Source of the DNA: Scyliorhinus canicula
Lineage: Eukaryota
Reading direction: 5' to 3'
DNA: 64,000 nt
NCBI RefSeq assembly: GCF_902713615.1
Contig: NC_052162.1
Coordinates: 103,133,811 to 103,197,810 of the forward strand
Part shown: piece by piece, positions 51,010-63,930 of the stretch
Numbering within the stretch: the first letter of the stretch is position 1
Layout of the letters: the number at the start of each line of letters is the position of its first letter
Translations under genes and position numbers: made by a program
Notes under the pieces: generated by a model
What the model was told of the DNA's origin: nothing
Seen by the model: only the letters and a program-made list of their open reading frames with translations
Databases searched by the model: none

Positions 51010-52863
51010 GTCTCTCTTATCGTATACCATGTCTCTTTGCTGAAAAATGGCATCTGATGGCCTTACATTATGTCTTAAAGCTCAGCAAATTCTTTCAGAG
51101 ACTTCTGCTTCAAGAAAGGCTTTTCTACTGCTATGTAATGCATTTAAATGCTCAGCAAAAGCAGAGCTAATTTTAGTCCCTTCCCAAGCTGGAGGCTTGT
51201 CATCTAAGATGGATGGAATTTTAGGGTGTCTACCAAACACTAATTGATAGGGACTATAGCCCCCAACCATCTGCAATGAATTATTTGCATGTACCGCCCT
51301 TGCTAAACTGAATTTAACTTGCAGTTCGGTCTAACTGCCAAAATTTTCCGGATCATGTCATCTATTACTGCGTGGTGTCTTTCACACACACCATTACTAA
51401 ATGGGCTTTCCACAGCCATATTCATAATTGTGATGTTCACATTTTCACACATATCCCGACACTCATCATTAGCAAATTCAAAGCCTACTTGTGACAATAA
51501 GTGATTTTCATTTTATTTAATTCCATTGTCCGTAACAAATTTTGCCAGTGGGCCCATTCCTGTCTCTATCCATTTTTCCACGATTTGATCCAGAATTACC
51601 CTCTTTTCTTTACTTCGTATAATCATTGATTGAATAAATCTGGTTGCTAAATCTATAAAATGCAAAATAAATATATTATTGGCTTTATCCCAGATCTTAA
51701 GGTCCATGGCCACAATGTCATTAAAATCTTTGGCCAAAGGTAAGGTTACTATCGGTCGTGCTGGCGTCCTTCTGTACTTCCAGCAAACTTCACAGCGATC
51801 ACTAACCTGTTCTATCAGTTTAGTATAGTCTTCATCCCTTATCACTGCATCCTTCAATAAATTTGTCAGCCTCCAAGGAGACGGATGCGCAAATTGCCTA
51901 TGCAGTTTTAACAAGCCTATCAGCTAAAGACTCATTTCCAACTGCCATTACACATCCTTAACAACTGTACTTGAAATATTATTTGTCAGGAATGGAATAC
52001 AATAATGTCCCGACTGTGTAAATTGTAAGTCCACCGTCTATTCAAAAACTGTTGCCTTATCCTGTTTCATATCCAGTTTCATGTGTGCTTTCATCATCGA
52101 CTGTCTTCTCAGAATACATCTCAGATACATCTCACTTGTATCTCACTTGATATAACATCCGTGCTAATGAAATGATTCACTCTGGCAATATTGCAAGGGA
52201 TCACCACTCTTTGCAACGACTTCAGAGTATTATGATCCCCAAACCTGAAACTTGTGGAACTTTCAAATTCCTTAACCTTGTTACGATTTTCAGCATTCAA
52301 GGAGTCCAGGTAACATTTTAACCAGTCAATTCCACACACAGTAGATGTGCAGCCACTGTCCAATACAGCACAATTGAACGATTCTGCAACCAACACCCTC
52401 ATTACCGGTGTAAAACAGCTTGTTAATAGGACAATGCCTTCTTTCTGGTCACTATCTTTTTCCTCTTCTGACCCCTCCATGTCATGTGTCGCTTCAAACA
52501 CTCTATTATAACATTTTGGGCAGTTGAAAGCATAATGGTATTGAGAGTCACACATAGAAAACATCGATTTATCATACCCCGGGCATTTCTGGGGTTCATC
52601 TTCCTAATTGTAGGTTCTAACTGGGTTTCTGTCTTCATACTTTCCGGGTCCCGATCTCCCTCTATAGTCTTGGAACCCGTTTATAGCCGTGCGATTTTGC
52701 CATCCTGTTAATAGTGTGTCTTCTATATTCTGCTTTATTGCAGGCTGAACTATTTGGGTCATCAGAGCCATCGGAATTGAATGTTTCCCCAGAAACTTTT
52801 TTAAAGCTTCTGTCATCTGATCGAATAAGGTATCCTGATCCGCAATCTGAAGTCCTATCAAAA

Positions 52864-53222
52864 CATAGAACATAGAACATAGAACAGTACAGCACAGAAC
52901 AGGCCCTTCGGCCCTCGATGTTGTGCCGAGCAATGATCACCCCACTTAAACCCACGTAACCCGTATACCCGTAACCCAACAATCCCCCCATTAACCTTAC
53001 ACTACGGGCAATTTAGCATGGCCAATCCACCTAACCCGCACATCTTTGGACTGTGGGAGGAAACCGGAGCACCCGGAGGAAACCCACGCACACACGGGGA
53101 GGACGTGCAGACTCCACACAGACAGTGACCCAGCCGGGAATCGAACCTGGGACCCTGGAGCTGTGAAGCATTGATGCTAACCACCATGCTACCGTGAGGC
53201 CCCATTGCTACCGTGAGGCCCC
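52864..53222 (-). mobile_element. HE1-type SINE within copia gag, with a duplicated 5' tip
   Basis: Consensus match; CTACCGTGAGGCCCC occurs twice at the head. Confidence 0.88.
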
Positions 53223-53788
53223 TAAAACCAGGAGCCTATCCATATTGCTTACTCTAGCACAGTCAAGTAATTTAAAGGCCAACACAGACTGTGGAAATTC
53301 CAGGTTGTGTTTCTGCAGCCTTTTATATAGTCTGCTAAATTCCTTTATATAGTCTTCCATGGAGAATTCCTCTATTTTCCAGAACCTATCAATATCCAAC
53401 CATGCTTCATACGCACTTAACAAGTCATCCTTTTTATAAATCTTATCCATGTAATGTAATAGAGTCTCCAGACCTTCTTCTGAGTCTAACTCTTCCAATT
53501 CCACCTCAGAAAACACTTTGCTCCAGATTTTACTGTCATAGGTAGAGAAAGATCCAATGCCATACCTTGTTTTCTGTTTCCCAAGGCAGTTACCGTAGTC
53601 CACATAACTACTGCACTTCTCCATGGATCGTACGATTCCCTTTCAGAAAATAGGGGGGGGGGGGGGGGGGTCGTCATATCCAGCCACCTTTTAACCTCGG
53701 TTCAGCCATATTTTTGTTTTTTTTTCTCACTCACTCCTTGGTTTGGTCTTGAAAAGTTGTATCTTTCAACCCTTCACACTTGCACAGC

Positions 53789-53806
53789 AACCGTCCTCTG
53801 CTACCA
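53789..53806 (-). promoter_or_regulatory. Primer-binding site, tRNA-iMet (copia)
   Basis: TGGTAGCAGAGGACGGTT, 17/18 to the animal initiator tRNA 3' end as I recall it, 2 nt after the LTR. Confidence 0.9.
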
Positions 53807-53808
53807 TT

Positions 53809-54027
53809 TGTTAGACGTGTAGCTGCTGCAGTATAAAGAGTCAAAGGTTCTGCTGCTTTTCCACAAAACACCTTTAATTTCCTTCAACAGACTTTGCACA
53901 AAACTCTAACATCACATCACCTGACACAAAGGCCACCAGAAGTCCCTTTACATATTAGTGTCAATTATTGGATGCTTAACATAAATGAGACAACTAATTG
54001 GAATGTCTCTTAACCCATTACTTAACA
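53809..54027 (-). repeat. Copia 5' LTR (219 bp)
   Basis: TGTTAAG...CTAACA termini, followed by the PBS. Confidence 0.88.
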
Positions 54028-54059
54028 TCGCAGACCCAAGTTGGGGAGACCGAACACCG

Positions 54060-56120
54060 TCAATCGGTGCCATTTATGGCCAAATTGTCTGCATAGGCGC
54101 TAACGCTGTGGAGAGGTCTGGTAATGTTCCTAGGTGGGGCATTTGTGGGCTGGTTTCTTTGATGTTTCCGGGGGGGCTTGGCATTCTCGTGCGTAATGTC
54201 CCTTCTGTCCACAATTGTAGCATTCCTGCGCTTTAGGGTGCTGTGTGTTATTTCTACCTTCATTTACCCATGCGGGTCTTGGTGTGCCCTTACTGGATTC
54301 ATGTTGGCGTCTACTTTTTCTCTCTTTTTCAGGAGGGATTGTTCCCAAGCTCTAGATAGTCACTTCAGTAGCCACACTTCATAGTGTGCCGGGTTTGAGG
54401 GGTCGTAATTCGCACATGCCTTTTGTCCTGCCTCTATGGCATGGGAGACTAAAGTACAGGTCCATTTGGCCGTGTTGTCTGCAGATAAATGGGCGCGTGT
54501 TAAATCACCGAATACTGCGGTGAAGTGGATCCAGAGGCGTCCAGCAAATGCTGTTGGATGCCCTCCATTTTTCTGTCTGCATCGGTTGAGTCCTTCTACT
54601 GGATCTCCTCTTTTGCAGCTAATTGCATCTAACATGGCTGTTTTCATACCTTGGAGGCTACTTCCTCCTACATTATGTGGGTCAGGAAGGGCTGAACTAA
54701 CCAATGGGTCAATGCACATTACTATGAGTTTTACTTCTTCCTGCTCGTCCAGACCGCACACGATGGTCTCTTGCCTAACTCGCTCAAAAAAGTGGTGTGG
54801 GTCTGATGTGGGGTGAAAGGTTTCAATTTTATCGTGGGCATCCCTTAACTGGGTGATGGTTAGTGGGGTGGTGTACACAAAATCGGGTTGGTCTTCTGTT
54901 GGGACTCTTTCGGGGCAGCATGGTAGCACAAGTGGATAGCACTGTGGCTTCACAGCGCCAGGGTCCCAGGTTCGATTCCCCACTGAGCCACTGTCTGTGA
55001 GGAGTCTGCACGTTCTCCCTGTGTCTGCGTGGGTTTCCTCCAGGTTCTCTGGTTTCCTCCCACAGTCCAAAGACGTGCAGGTTAGGTGGATTGGCCATGA
55101 TAAATTGCCCTTAGTGACCAAAAAGGTTCGGAGGGGTTATTGGGTTACGGGGATAGGGAGGAAGTGAGGGTTTAATTGGGTCGGTGCAGACTCGATGGGC
55201 CGAATGGCCTCCTTCTGCACTGTATGTTCTATGTTCTACGCTGCAAAGTGACTGGATTCATAGGGTTGGGTGCTGCCTGTGCAATTGGTGGTGCGGGTGC
55301 TTTCCTTTTCGGGGCCTTTGAGGCTCTATTCTGACTTTCTGTTTCATTCACATATCAATGGGCCGTTTCATTAAGTTCCTGCCAATCGGGGCCATCTTCC
55401 TGATCTAACTGTGGGCCAAAGGTATCTCTGAACCCATTCTGAACTGAGAGCAGTGATTGCAATCTTGCAATTTGCTGCCTGCACTTGGCATGGTCTACCG
55501 AACTCTGCCTCTGTTCCGTGATGGAACTGTGGAGTGCTCATAGGGCCGCCTTTAAGTCCTCGCATTGTTTTTTTCAATTGTTCTGCTTGATGTTCTCTTT
55601 CCTCTCTTAACAAAACCGCACGTTGCGTGTATTGGTAGGCCTTATCATATTGAATCTGAAAGCTACTTAGGTGAGCGAGACAAGATTGGTGTGCTCGTTT
55701 AACATCAGCCATCTCCTTGTCCTTCGCCACTAGCTGCTCTCGGAGTTGCTTATTTACTCTCTCACACTCGCTAACACTTCCCTCACTACTCCTCTCTTTC
55801 TCTTCAAGCTGTCTACGGAGCATCCTCACGACCTCCTCTGTGCCTCGCAATTGTGCCAGACAGGACACGATTGTCATCAGCTTACAAACTGTACTTAAAT
55901 TCTTCTTGTGGATCTCGGTCAGGTTATCCCACCAAGTTTGTCCTGTACTACCAGGACCTGTTTCCTCATTCGCACAAAACTCAGACCATAGGGACCATGG
56001 TTTCCCCTTTAGGTACTTCCTAATTTCCTCTTCCCATATGGGACACTGTTCTGCTCTGTTGGTCGCTGCGACCTTGGGTTCTTGTGGGTGCATAAGGCGT
56101 TCCATTGGCTTCATTGCCAT
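54060..56120 (-). pseudogene. gag of element B (frameshifted, SINE-interrupted)
   Basis: ORFs 55371-56120, 54360-54912 and 54060-54263; CCHC zinc knuckle. Confidence 0.8.
54912..55238 (+). mobile_element. HE1-like SINE within gag of element B
   Basis: SINE head, core and tail. Confidence 0.88.
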
Positions 56121-56530
56121 CTCTACGATTATCTCTGTTTCTTTACCGGGAATTTGGGACAGGGGGGAATAAAGCGGTGATGCAAACAGCGGGTACGGCG
56201 TAAGCTATTTTCCGGTTTACGCAACTCCCAAAAGTTTCACGCAACAAAATCCATCGAGGTTACCTTATATCCCTTGTTAGTACACATGCAAATTACACAC
56301 TTCTGAATCATGGAGGTTTGATCAATACTGGTCTTACGCTTGTGGTTTCTTTTACTTTTCCAATTTGGATTTCTAATTCAAACGTTTTGTGGGTTCTCTC
56401 GGAGTGACACAGTCACTTCTGGGTCGAGTCCCATCAGATGTCGCCAATTACTGTTGCCTTTTTTACCTGCTATAAATATGGCAATCAATAAGGTTGCCGT
56501 TCTTCCTTTAGATATCGATATTATATTGCT

Positions 56531-56541
56531 CAGAGTCGCCA
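56531..56541 (-). promoter_or_regulatory. PBS (tRNA-Arg UCU-like) of element B
   Basis: TGGCGACTCTG, 9 nt downstream of the LTR end; a second similar site lies at 56424-56446. Confidence 0.65.
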
Positions 56542-56825
56542 GGTATCAAATGATACCACCACAACGTTCAACTGGATATTGATCAAAGAGCCAAACACCA
56601 GTTAGTTAGTTCAAGATCAATGGTACTTTATTTACACACACAATTAACATGCAACATAAACACTACTAGTTAAACTAAACCTAACAACTATGACAACCTG
56701 TACTTAACTTCAGGCACCCGGCTTAGGTCAGAGGAACAGTGGCCTTTGTTCGAATCTGGATCTACTGGGTCTGGAGAAGTAACTGCTGCTCAGCTGGGCT
56801 CATCCGTTTGGTAGCGGGCATTGAA

Positions 56826-59800
56826 ATTCAGATTTCTGGATAACTGGGGCTCTTTCTGGGGAAGGTGGGACCTCTATAGACAGGATGGTCTACATCTGAA
56901 CCTGAGGGGCACCAATATCCTGGGGGAAAGATTTGTTAGTGCTCTTTGGGGGGGTTTAAACTAATTCAGCAGGGGCATGGGAACCTGGATTGTAGTTTTG
57001 GGATACGGGAGATTGAGAGTATAGAGGTCAGGAGCACAGATTTGACTTCGCAGGAGGGTGCCAGTGTTCAGGTAGGTGGTTTGAAGTGTGTCTACTTCAA
57101 TGCCAGGAGTATACGAAATAAGGTAGGGGAACTGGCAGCATGGGTTGGTACCTGGGACTTCGATGTTGTGGCCATTTCAGAGACATGGATAGAGCAGGGA
57201 CAGGAATGGTTGTTGCAGGTTCCGGGGTTTAGGTGTTTTAGTAAGCTCAGAGAAGTGGGCAAAAGAGGGGGAGGTGTGGCGCTGCTAGTCAGGGACAGTA
57301 TTACGGTGGCAGAAAGGATGCTAGATGGGGACTCTTCTTCCGAGGTAGTATGGGCTGAGGTTAGAAACAGGAAAGGAGAGGTCACCCTGTTGGGAGTTTT
57401 CTATAGGCCACCTAATAGTTCTAGGGATGTAGAGGAAAGGATGGCGAAGATGATTCTGGAAAAGAGCGAAAGTAACAGGGTAGTTGTTATGGGAGACTTT
57501 AACTTTCCAAATATTGACTGGGAAAGATATAGTTCGAGTACATTAGATGGGTCGTTCTTTGTACAATGTGTGCAGGAGGGTTTCCTGACACAATATGTTG
57601 ACAGGCCAACAAGAGGCAAGGCCACATTGGATTTGGTTTTGAGTAATGAACCAGGCCAGGTGTTAGATCTGGAGGTAGGTGAGCACTTTGGAAACAGTGA
57701 CCACAATTCGGTGACCTTTACGTTAGTGATGGAAAGGGATAAGTATACCCCGCAGGGCAAGAGTTATAGCTGGGGGAAGGGCAATTATGATGCCATTAGA
57801 CATGACTTAGGATGTGTAGGTTGGAGAAGTAGGCTGCAAGGGTTGGGCACACTGGATATGTGGAGCTTGTTCAAGGAACAGCTATTGCGTGTTCTTGATA
57901 AGTACGTACCAGTCAGGCAGGGAGGAAGGGGTAGAGCGAGGCAACCGTGGTTTACCAAAGAAGTGGAATCTCTTGTTAAGAGGAAGAAGGAGGCCTATGT
58001 GAAGATGAGGCGTGAAGTTTCAGTTGGGACGCTTGATAGTTACAAGGAAGCGAGGAAGGATCTGAAGAGAGAGCAAAGACGAGCAAGGAAGGGACATGAG
58101 AAGTCTTTGGCTGGTAGGATCAAGGAAAACCCAAAAGCTTTCTATAGGTATGTCAGAAATAAAAGAATGACTAGGGTAAGAGTAGGGCCAGTCAAGGACA
58201 GTGGTGGGAAGTTGTGTGTGGAGGCTGAGGAGATAAGCGAGATATTAAATGAATACTTTTCGTCAGTATTCACTCAGGAAAAAGATAATGTTGTGCAGGA
58301 GAATGCTGAGACCCAGGCTATTAGAATAGATGGCATTGAGGTGCGTAGGGAAGAAGTGTTGGCAATTCTGGACAAGGTGAAAATAGATAAGTCCCCGGGG
58401 CCTGATGGGATTTATCTTAGGATTCTCTGGGAAGCAAGGGAAGAGATTGCTGAGCCTTTGGCTTTGATTTTTATGTCATCATTGGCTACAGGAATAGTGC
58501 CAGAGGACTGGAGGATAGCAAATGTGGTCCCTTTGTTCAGGAAGGGGAGTAGAGATAACCCCGGTAACTATAGGCCGGTGAGCCTCACGTCTGTTGTGGG
58601 TAAAGTCTTGGAGAGGATTATAAGAGATACGATTTATAATCATCTAGATAGGAATAATATGATTAGGGATAGTCAGCATGGTTTTGTGAAGGGTAGGTCA
58701 TGCCTCACAAACCTTATCGAGTTCTTTGAGAAGGTGACTGAACAGGTAGACGAGGGTAGAGCAGTTGATGTGGTGTATATGGATTTCAGTAAAACGTTTG
58801 ATAAGGTTCCCCACGGTCGTCTATTGCAGAAAATACGGAGGCTGGGGATTGAGGGTGATTTAGAGATGTGGATCAGAAATTGGCTAGTTGAAAGAAGACA
58901 GAGGGTGGTGGTTGATGGCAAATGTTCAGAATGGAGTTCAGTTACGAGTGGCGTACCACAAGGATCTGTTCTGGGGCCGTTGCTGTTTGTCATTTTTATA
59001 AATGACCTAGAGGAGGGCACAGAAGGTTGGGTGAGTAAATTTGCAGACGACACTAAAGTCGGTGGAGTTGTAGACAGTGTGGAAGGATGTTGCAGGTTAC
59101 AGAGGGACATAGATAAGCTGCAGAGCTGGGCTGAGAGGTGGCAAATGGAGTTTAATGTAGAGAAGTGTGAGGTGATTCACTTTGGAAAGAAAAACAGGAA
59201 TGCGGAATATTTGGCTAATGGTAGCATGGTGGTTAGCATAAATGCTTCACAGCTCCAGGGTCCCAGGTTCGATTCCCGGCTGGGTCACTGTCTGTGTGGA
59301 GTCTGCACGTCCTCCCCGTGTGTGCGTGGGTTTCCTCCGGGTGCTCCGGTTTCCTCCCACAGTCCAAAGATGTACGGGATAGGTGGATTGGCCATGCTAA
59401 ATTGCCCGTAGTGTCCTAAAAAGTAAGGTAAGGGGGGGGGGGGGGGGGGGGGGGGTTGTTGGGTTACGGGTATGGGGTGGATACGTGGGTTTGAGTAGGG
59501 TGATCATTGCTCGGCACAACATTGAGGGCCGAAGGGCCTGTTCTGTGCTGTACTGTTCTATGTTCTATGGTAAAATTCTTGGCAGTGTGGATGAGCAGAG
59601 GGATCTCGGTGTCCATGTACATAGATCCCTGAAAGTTGCCACCCAGGTTGATAGGGTTGTGAAGAAGGCCTATGGTGTGTTGGCCTTTATTGAGTTCCGG
59701 AGCCATGAGGTCATGTTGCAGCTGTACAAAACTCTGGTACGGCCGCATTTGGAGTATTGCGTACAGTTCTGGTCGCCTCATTATAGGAAGGACGTGGAAG

Positions 59801-60280
59801 CTTTGGAATGGGTGCAGAGGAGATTTACCAGGATGTTGCCTGGTATGGAGGGAAAATCTTATGAGGAAAGGCTGATGGACTTGAGGTTGCTCTCGTTAGA
59901 GAGAAGAAGGTTAAGAGGTGATAATAGAGGCATACAAAATGATCAGAGGGTTAGATAGGGTGGACAGTGAGAGCCTTCTCCTGCGGATGGAGGTGGCTAG
60001 CACGAGGGGACATAGCCTTAAACTGAGGGGTAATAGATATAGGACAGACGTCAGAGGTAGGTTTTTTACGCAAAAAGTGGTGAGGCCGTGGAATGCCCTA
60101 CCTGCAATAGTAGTGAACTCGCCAACATTGAGGGCATTTAAAAGTTTATTGGATAAGCATATGGATGATAATGGCATAGTGTAGGTTAGATGGCCTTTAG
60201 TTTTTGACTTCCCATGTCGGTGCAACATCGTGGGCCGAAGGGCCTGTACTGCGCTGTATCGTTCTATGTTCTATGTTCTA
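56826..60280 (+). mobile_element. CR1/HER1-type LINE, copy 2 (near-identical to copy 1)
   Basis: Open APE-RT frame 56946-~59220, then a SINE insertion and a frameshifted C-terminus; (TTCTATG)n tail. Confidence 0.95.
59218..59566 (+). mobile_element. 5'-truncated HE1-type SINE in CR1 copy 2
   Basis: ATGGTA duplicated at 59218-59223 and 59567-59572 (TSD overlapping 5' microhomology). Confidence 0.9.
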
Positions 60281-60889
60281 TGTTGAACTTGCCTCTGGTG
60301 GTGCTGCAATTGGAGGTGGACGTTGCCAGAGCGCCAGGTCCAAGAGAAATCGAACACATGGCAGGCAGTGTCTCTCTTTATCCTTGGGGAGTTTCGCGCT
60401 CTTTTGGGCGGTCCTTAGGTTTGGACCCCATTAATTGGGCAGTTCTCGATCACTGTCTTCCATCTGAGCCAATAAAGGGACTGGTGCCTTGATGGCTGGG
60501 CGTGTCCTAAGTGGTCAGTGACACTGTTTTTTATGCTTCCCGAGTAAAGGGAGTGGCGCCAAAATATCTGGACCTATATCGGTTGCCCGAGTATCAATCC
60601 TTTGTCTTACGGAGATGGGCCATCAAAATGCTAATCGGTTGGGAGTTTTGATGCTGTCTGGATTCTTTGCTCACAAATATATATTCAGGCTCTGTGCCTG
60701 CCTGAATATTACATTGTACACATTTCCCTTTAGGCTTTGCGAACGTCCATGTTTCTTGTTGTAAGTGGCCATTCCAGATGGCTACACCTTGCAATCAAGT
60801 TATCTATCTCCCTTCTGCAGTCTGATTCGTCGTTGTTTGAGATACGGCCCACCAGAGTCGTATCATTCGGAAACATATAGACCGAATTG

Positions 60890-61350
60890 GGAGTTAAATA
60901 TTGCCACACAATTGTGTGTGTATAGCGAGTACAGTGGAGGACTGAGCATGTATCCTTGTGGGGCTTCAGTGTTGAGGACTATTGTGCAGGAGGTGCTGTT
61001 ACCTATCCTGACAAATTGCGGACTGTTGGTGAAATGAAAAAAATGAAATGAAAATCGCTTATTGTCACGAGTCGGCTTCAATGAAGTTACTGTGAAAAGC
61101 CCCTCGTTGCCACATTCCTGCGCCTGTCCAGGGAGGCTGGTACGGGAATCAAAGCGTGCTGCTTTAAAAGCCAGCGATTTAGCCGAGTGAGCTAAACCAG
61201 CCCCTGAGGAAGTCAAGGATCCAGCTGTACAGGGAGGGGTCAAGTTCAAGATTACAGAGTTTGGTTATTAGTCTTGTCGGGATAATGGTATGGAAGGCAG
61301 AGCTGTAGTCTATAAACAGCAGTCTCACATAGGTGTCCTTGTCGTCGAGG
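60890..61350 (-). mobile_element. Rex1/Babar RT fragment (with a second-family SINE inserted)
   Basis: [18 protein letters not shown]...WILDFL; LNTEAPQGYMLSPPLYSLYTH. Confidence 0.8.
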
Positions 61351-61379
61351 TGTGGGACATCGGGCATGTGGGAGTCTTT

Positions 61380-62250
61380 CAAGTGACAGTTGATTAGGAT
61401 TCAGGAAAGTCACGTTCCTGAGAGAATGAAGGATAAGTATGGGAAGTTTAGGGAGCCTTGGATAACGAGGGATAATGTGAACCTTGTCAAAAAGAAAAAG
61501 GAGACTTTTGTACGGTTTAGAAGGGTGGGAACAGTCAAAACCCTTGAGGAGGATAAAGAAAGTAGGAAGGTAATGGAAGTGGAAAATTAGGAGGGGTAGG
61601 AGGGGCCATGAAAAGACCTTGGCAAGTAGGAATAAGGTGAATCACAAAGCTTTTTATTCATATATAAAAAGCAAGAGGGTGGGCAGGAAAAGGATTGGAC
61701 CACTTCAGGACAGTGGGGGGAATCTATGTGTTGAGCCAGAGGAAATGGGCGAGGTACTAAATGAATACTTTGCATCAGTGTTCATTAAAAACAGGGACTT
61801 TGCGGAAGTTGATTCTTGGGTAGGTGTGTGGACAGTCTGGATCATGTTAACATCAAAAAGGAGGTATTGGGTCTTTTAAAAAATATTAAAGTAGGTAAGT
61901 CTCCTGGGTCAGATGGGATTTATCCCAGAAAACTGAGGGAAGCAAGGGAGGAAATTGCTTGGGCCCTGACTGACATCTTTGTATCCTCATTGGCTACAGG
62001 CAAGATCCAGAGGACTGGAGAATAGCTAATGTGGTATCGCTGTTTAAGAAAGGTAGCAGGGATAATCCAGGAAACTATAGTTCCTCAAGTCGGTTGTAGG
62101 TAAATTATTGGAGGCAATTCTCAGGGACCGGATTTATCCCCATTTGGATACAAATGGACTCATAAGCGATAGGCAGCATGGTTTTGTGAAGGGGAGGTCG
62201 TGCCTCACTAACCTGATCGAGTTTTTTGAGGAGGTGTCAAAGATGATGAT
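61380..62250 (+). mobile_element. CR1 fragment
   Basis: KAFYSYIKSKR...GKSPGSDGIYPR...GRSCLTNLIEFF. Confidence 0.8.
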
Positions 62251-63039
62251 GAGGAGAATAATAATCTCCACAAAGAATATAGTACTCTATAAATAACCCT
62301 TAATCTTTCCTTGCATAAGATATCCATAAGACAAATACCCTCTTCAACACATACATCAAGTTTAAATTCTCTACTGAGAGCAGGTATCACTTTTAAACTA
62401 GCAAGTGATTTGAAAACATTCCTTTCATGCAGAAATTAATCAGAATTACACCTGGTTTTGCTGGATGCAGCTTTCAATCTGCAAAACGAAACTAAACACA
62501 TCCTGTAGCTGCTAACTCAAAGTGAAAGGAAACCAGACAGATAGCCCAGCTCCACCCACACTCGGACATCAGTGCACCTATTTGATAAACACCCATTTCT
62601 TAAAGGTACACCCACTACAGCTATCTGATAAACACCCATTTCTTAATGACATTGTGCAGGCTATATTCAGATAGGAACTGAAGAATGGGGCGAAATTTCA
62701 TTTTACTTGGATTGTGAAATTCAAAAAACTGTTATCAGATATTCCATCATCACAGCCGGTTTATTTGGTGCTCTGCTCAAAAACCCATCTCAGTGAGAAC
62801 ACACAAAGTGAGGTTGCTTCAGTTTTTATTTAGTGATGAACAGGAATTGCAGAAATAGAAAAAATGAAACTAATTCAGTCCTGACGGAGTGCTCTTGATT
62901 TAAATCAGAGAGATTATCATTGCTCCGGGGATATGGACACATTGAGCTCCACATTGGTATGTCATCTTGTTAACTTGGAGGGAGCGGTCTTCCGCTGGTG
63001 GCTATGAAGCAGTAGGTCGCACATTTGGTGGCAGCCGCT

Positions 63040-63930
63040 CGGGTCGGAACTTTGGACCTTTTTCCCCAATTTTTTGTCAGATCTGAGGTGGAAAATTGAT
63101 GTTGGGCACAATTGTGAAGAGGAATCCTATGTCAACGATTGGAGAAGGGGACCAGGAGTGCTCGCAAAGAAAGAAATAGATGAACGGAGAAGGTTTGGGC
63201 TGAGGCTGAATGGGGAAAACGTGGCGATGGACTGGAGTTCTGCCTTGACGAACCAGCGGTCGACGGAGCAGTTGATGCAGTTTACACAGGAGGGCTTCGC
63301 CAAGCAGAAACAGGAATGCTTGGACCCGATTAAGGAGTCAATTGCGCAACTGGAACTCAGACTGGATGCTCAAGATCGGGCGATCCAGAAAGTGGAGAAG
63401 GCCCTGACTGAGCAGGAGGAGCAGCAAGCTGCCGTGGAGTTGGAGGTGGGAATGTTGAGAGACCAACAGAAAAGCCTCCAGGAGAAGGTGGAGGATCTGA
63501 AGAAACAGATGCAGGGGCATACATAGTGGCTATGTTTGAGAAGCTACTGGGGGAAGGGGCATTCTCTAGACCCTTGGAGGTGGACAGGGCACACAGAGCA
63601 CTAGCGAGGAAGCCGCGTGTGGGTGACGACCCCCCCCCCCCCCCCAAGAGCAATGGTGGTGAGATTGCACAGGTACCTTGACAAGGAGTTCATTCTACGG
63701 TGGGCCAGGCAGACACGGCGCTGCAAATGGGAGAACAGTGTCCTGCGTATATATCAGGATCTGAGCGTGGACGTGGCCAGGAGAAGAGCAGGGTTCAACC
63801 AGATAAAATCTACCCTTTTTAAGAAGAAGGTAAAGTTTGGATGACTGTATCCGGCCTGTCATTGGGTTATGCACGAAGAGCAACATTTCTATTTCGAGTC
63901 ACCCCGAGGAAGCGATGAACTTTGCTACAG
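63040..63930 (+). mobile_element. L1-clade ORF1 remnant
   Basis: Coiled coil followed by PRAMVVRLHRYLDKE...IYQDLSVDVARRRAGF...VKFG; internal deletion and stops. Confidence 0.8.

Larger units (their letters stand above)
48584..54027 (-). mobile_element. Ty1/copia LTR retrotransposon, 3'-truncated within RNase H
   Basis: Order gag - PR (AVLDSGCTSTVCG) - IN (HRQFAH, MDLK, TDNG) - RT (IDIKAAFLQG, KCVYGLNDASRVWY, MHADDF) - RH (DASYA, IDNKSL); 5' LTR and iMet PBS present. Confidence 0.93.
54028..56825 (-). mobile_element. Retrovirus-like LTR element B (partial 5' LTR, PBS, gag), cut by the copia insertion just after gag
   Basis: LTR ending ...GGTATCA at 56551; tRNA-Arg-like PBS; gag with coiled coil, capsid-like region and CYNCGQKGHYAREC knuckle. 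Confidence 0.8.

Noticed and set aside
36430-56825. Elements A (pol, +) and B (gag, -) as one element split by an inversion
   Set aside because: Their LTRs are only loosely similar, whereas LTRs of one insertion should be near-identical; B ends at a clean copia LTR boundary.
1-60280. Segmental duplication of CR1 copy 1 and copy 2 with flanks
   Set aside because: The flanking sequences and SINE insertion sites differ.
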